Assembly: GCA_048013815.1 (NCBI GenBank)
Contig: CM106586.1
Span: 18,414,001 to 18,478,000 of the forward strand
Origin: Setoptus koraiensis
Lineage: Eukaryota > Animalia > Arthropoda
Direction: 5' to 3'
Length of the DNA: 64,000 nucleotides
The position numbers were made by a program, and so were the translations under genes. Below, one piece after another: positions 61,801-64,000 of the stretch. How positions within the stretch are numbered: the first letter of the stretch is position 1; every line of letters begins with the position of its first letter. The notes beneath the pieces are model-generated. The model had not been told where the DNA came from. It searched no databases and saw nothing but the letters and a program-made list of their open reading frames with translations.

Positions 61801-64000
61801 ATGAGAGAGACAAACAATAATTGTTTGCGAGTGCCGGCGATTCCAGTCTGATTGGCTCTCGACTGCAGCGCCAGCTGCGGCCGGTGCGAAGCCGGCGAGC
61901 GGAATCGCCGAGAAGCGTCGTCGGCGGGAATTATCGAGACGAGTCGTCGACGGGAATTATCGAGAAGAGTCGTCGAGCAGAAGCCGGCGAGCAGAAGCCG
62001 GCGAGCAGAAGCCGGCGGGCGCGAGAGAGCGGAAAGCGAAGAAGCTTCCTCGTCGCGGCGACGCTCGCCGCATCGATACTCGTTGCGTCAGCGCCATTGT
62101 GGCCGGCTGCTCGTCCCGTCAGCCGCACCGTCATGGCCGTCACACAAGCGGCCATAAGTCACCGGCCGGCCGGCCGGCCACTTGTTATGAGCCATACACA
62201 CAGTTTACAGTTACACAGGTAGCTCAGGTAACGGTGATCAGCGATCGCCGGTGAGTGATCGATGCGACCACATTATTATTGGAACACACACTTATTATAA
62301 CAGTGTGTCAGAAGTGCACAATCGAAAGCGCCGCCGCTAAGTAGCGCTAAGCCAAAGCTGGCCAGCCAATAAATCACCTGTTGCTACCTGCGAGTGGCAG
62401 TCGGTAGGTCGCTATTTGCAACTACCTGTGAGCCCGGCAACGGGCAACGGTTTGTGTGCTAACGCTTGTGTGTTTATCCGTTTATCCGTCCGCTCATTCC
62501 GTTTACTTTTACCTACGCTTTTACCTGTGCGACTGTGTCGTCGTTGTTGTTGGCAAGGCGTCAAAAATATTCATCATTGGCATCGTTCGTTGATCCCATC
62601 GCATCGCATCCCATTTCGACCGTCCCTTCGAACGAGACAAATGTGAATGGATTCCGTTCACTTGCACCTTCCACTGGCAGCTCGCTACTTCCACTTGCAC
62701 CTTCCACTTGCAGCTCGCAGCTCGCACCTTGCACCTTGCAGCATGCACCAAGTCGGCGAGGGCAATAACGGCGGTTGCAGTTGTAGTCACAGCTACGTCC
62801 AGTTGCTCTCATCAGACAGTCCCTCTCAAACAGACCGGTCAACACAATCAGCTGGCCGACCACCCTGCCAGCCGGCAATTGAGCGACAGTTGCTCTTACG
62901 TAACGCTGTGTGTGTGTGTGTGCTCTTACGCAACTCGGTGTGGTCAAGCGGCCCATTGACACGTCTCAATGGCGGCCAGTGCATGTGCGATATGCGATGT
63001 GTGGCGTGTGCGATATGCGCCGCACGGCACGGCTCGGCGGCTGGCTGCCGGCCAACTATTACATAATATATATTTTATTGTTGTTGCTGCATGTTGCTGC
63101 ATGTTGCTGCATGCTGCTGCATGTTGGGCCGGCCGGCCAGTGGCCGGCACCACTGTTGCGGCGCAATGTTGCTGTTAGGCAATAACGGTGCCATTACGCA
63201 ACAACGGTGCATGTGCAGCCTATGTGTGCAGTGTGTGTGGTTGTTGTTGTTGGCGTCGTTGCCGCTGTTGTTGTTGTTGTTGGCGCTGTTGTTGCGGTTG
63301 TTGTTGTTGCTGTTGTTGTTGTTGCTGTTGTTGCGGTTGTTGTTGTTGCTGTTGTTGTTGTTGCTGTTGTTGGCGTCGAGTTGGCGTGCATTTGCGGCGT
63401 GATTTGCATGCCATTGCGGCCCAATCGCAGCCAGTGACAGTCGCCTGACAGTGGCCACATCACGCCACTGATGGCAGCCGTGATTTGGGTTGCTGACGCA
63501 CAGTTGCGCAACTGTGTGATGAGTTGTGTGAAAGCGACCGGCCGGCCGGCCACAGACCGAGCCGGCGAGCACGAATCGGCCAGCAAGTCACACAATTGAA
63601 AGCGCTCACCTGTTCAATCACCTGGCCAGCGCCGTTCAACAAGCAACAGGTACGGTCACCTGTTGTTGTGTCACTGTTGACTCAACAGTCTAACGGTTGC
63701 TCGTTTCTCGTCGTTAACTGTGCCACTTTGGCTCGCCTGTCGACACTGTCTAATAATAGCTCTGTCTTGCATCTTGCATCGTGTGTCCTCTGTCTCTGTT
63801 CGCCAGTCTCTGTTCGCAAGTGTCGTCCGAGCGCCTGTGAGAGCTCAATCAACTGTCACTCACCTCGCCCGCCGCCGGCCGAATCAATGAACTGGCGCGA
63901 TATATGCCCATTCACAGGTTGTTGTCTCCTGTTTTGCGGCTGTCGTCTCATCCCGACCAACGGCACATGCACTGTCGCCGCTCGCCTCGCCTCGGCGACT

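Overview
Eukaryotic nuclear DNA with GT-AG introns. The two genes I recognise point to an animal, probably an arthropod (a mite is my unverified guess). No rRNA, tRNA, CRISPR, prophage or transposase signal was seen. Two coding genes are supported. (1) A two-exon pleiotrophin/midkine-family (miple-type) gene on +, join(6034..6331,6473..6921), 248 aa. (2) The first two visible coding exons of an ARHGAP20/TAGAP-type RhoGAP on + (51475..52176, 52384..52545); its GAP domain continues beyond the window after an intron of >11 kb. The ~43 kb between them has no recognisable CDS. It is packed with unrelated micro/minisatellites, several perfect or near-perfect hairpins (stems 11-44 bp), and many bZIP-type palindromes (TTACGTAA, TTGCGCAA) and CAGGTG E-boxes. 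Two unidentified spliced-exon candidates exist (minus 6965-7548; plus 15225-16317). Most entries in the ORF track look like repeat or GC artefacts. I did not find a clearly novel multi-gene system. The most unusual signals are the excess of perfect foldbacks and the orphan exon candidates. All motif counts and stems were read by eye and need computational confirmation.
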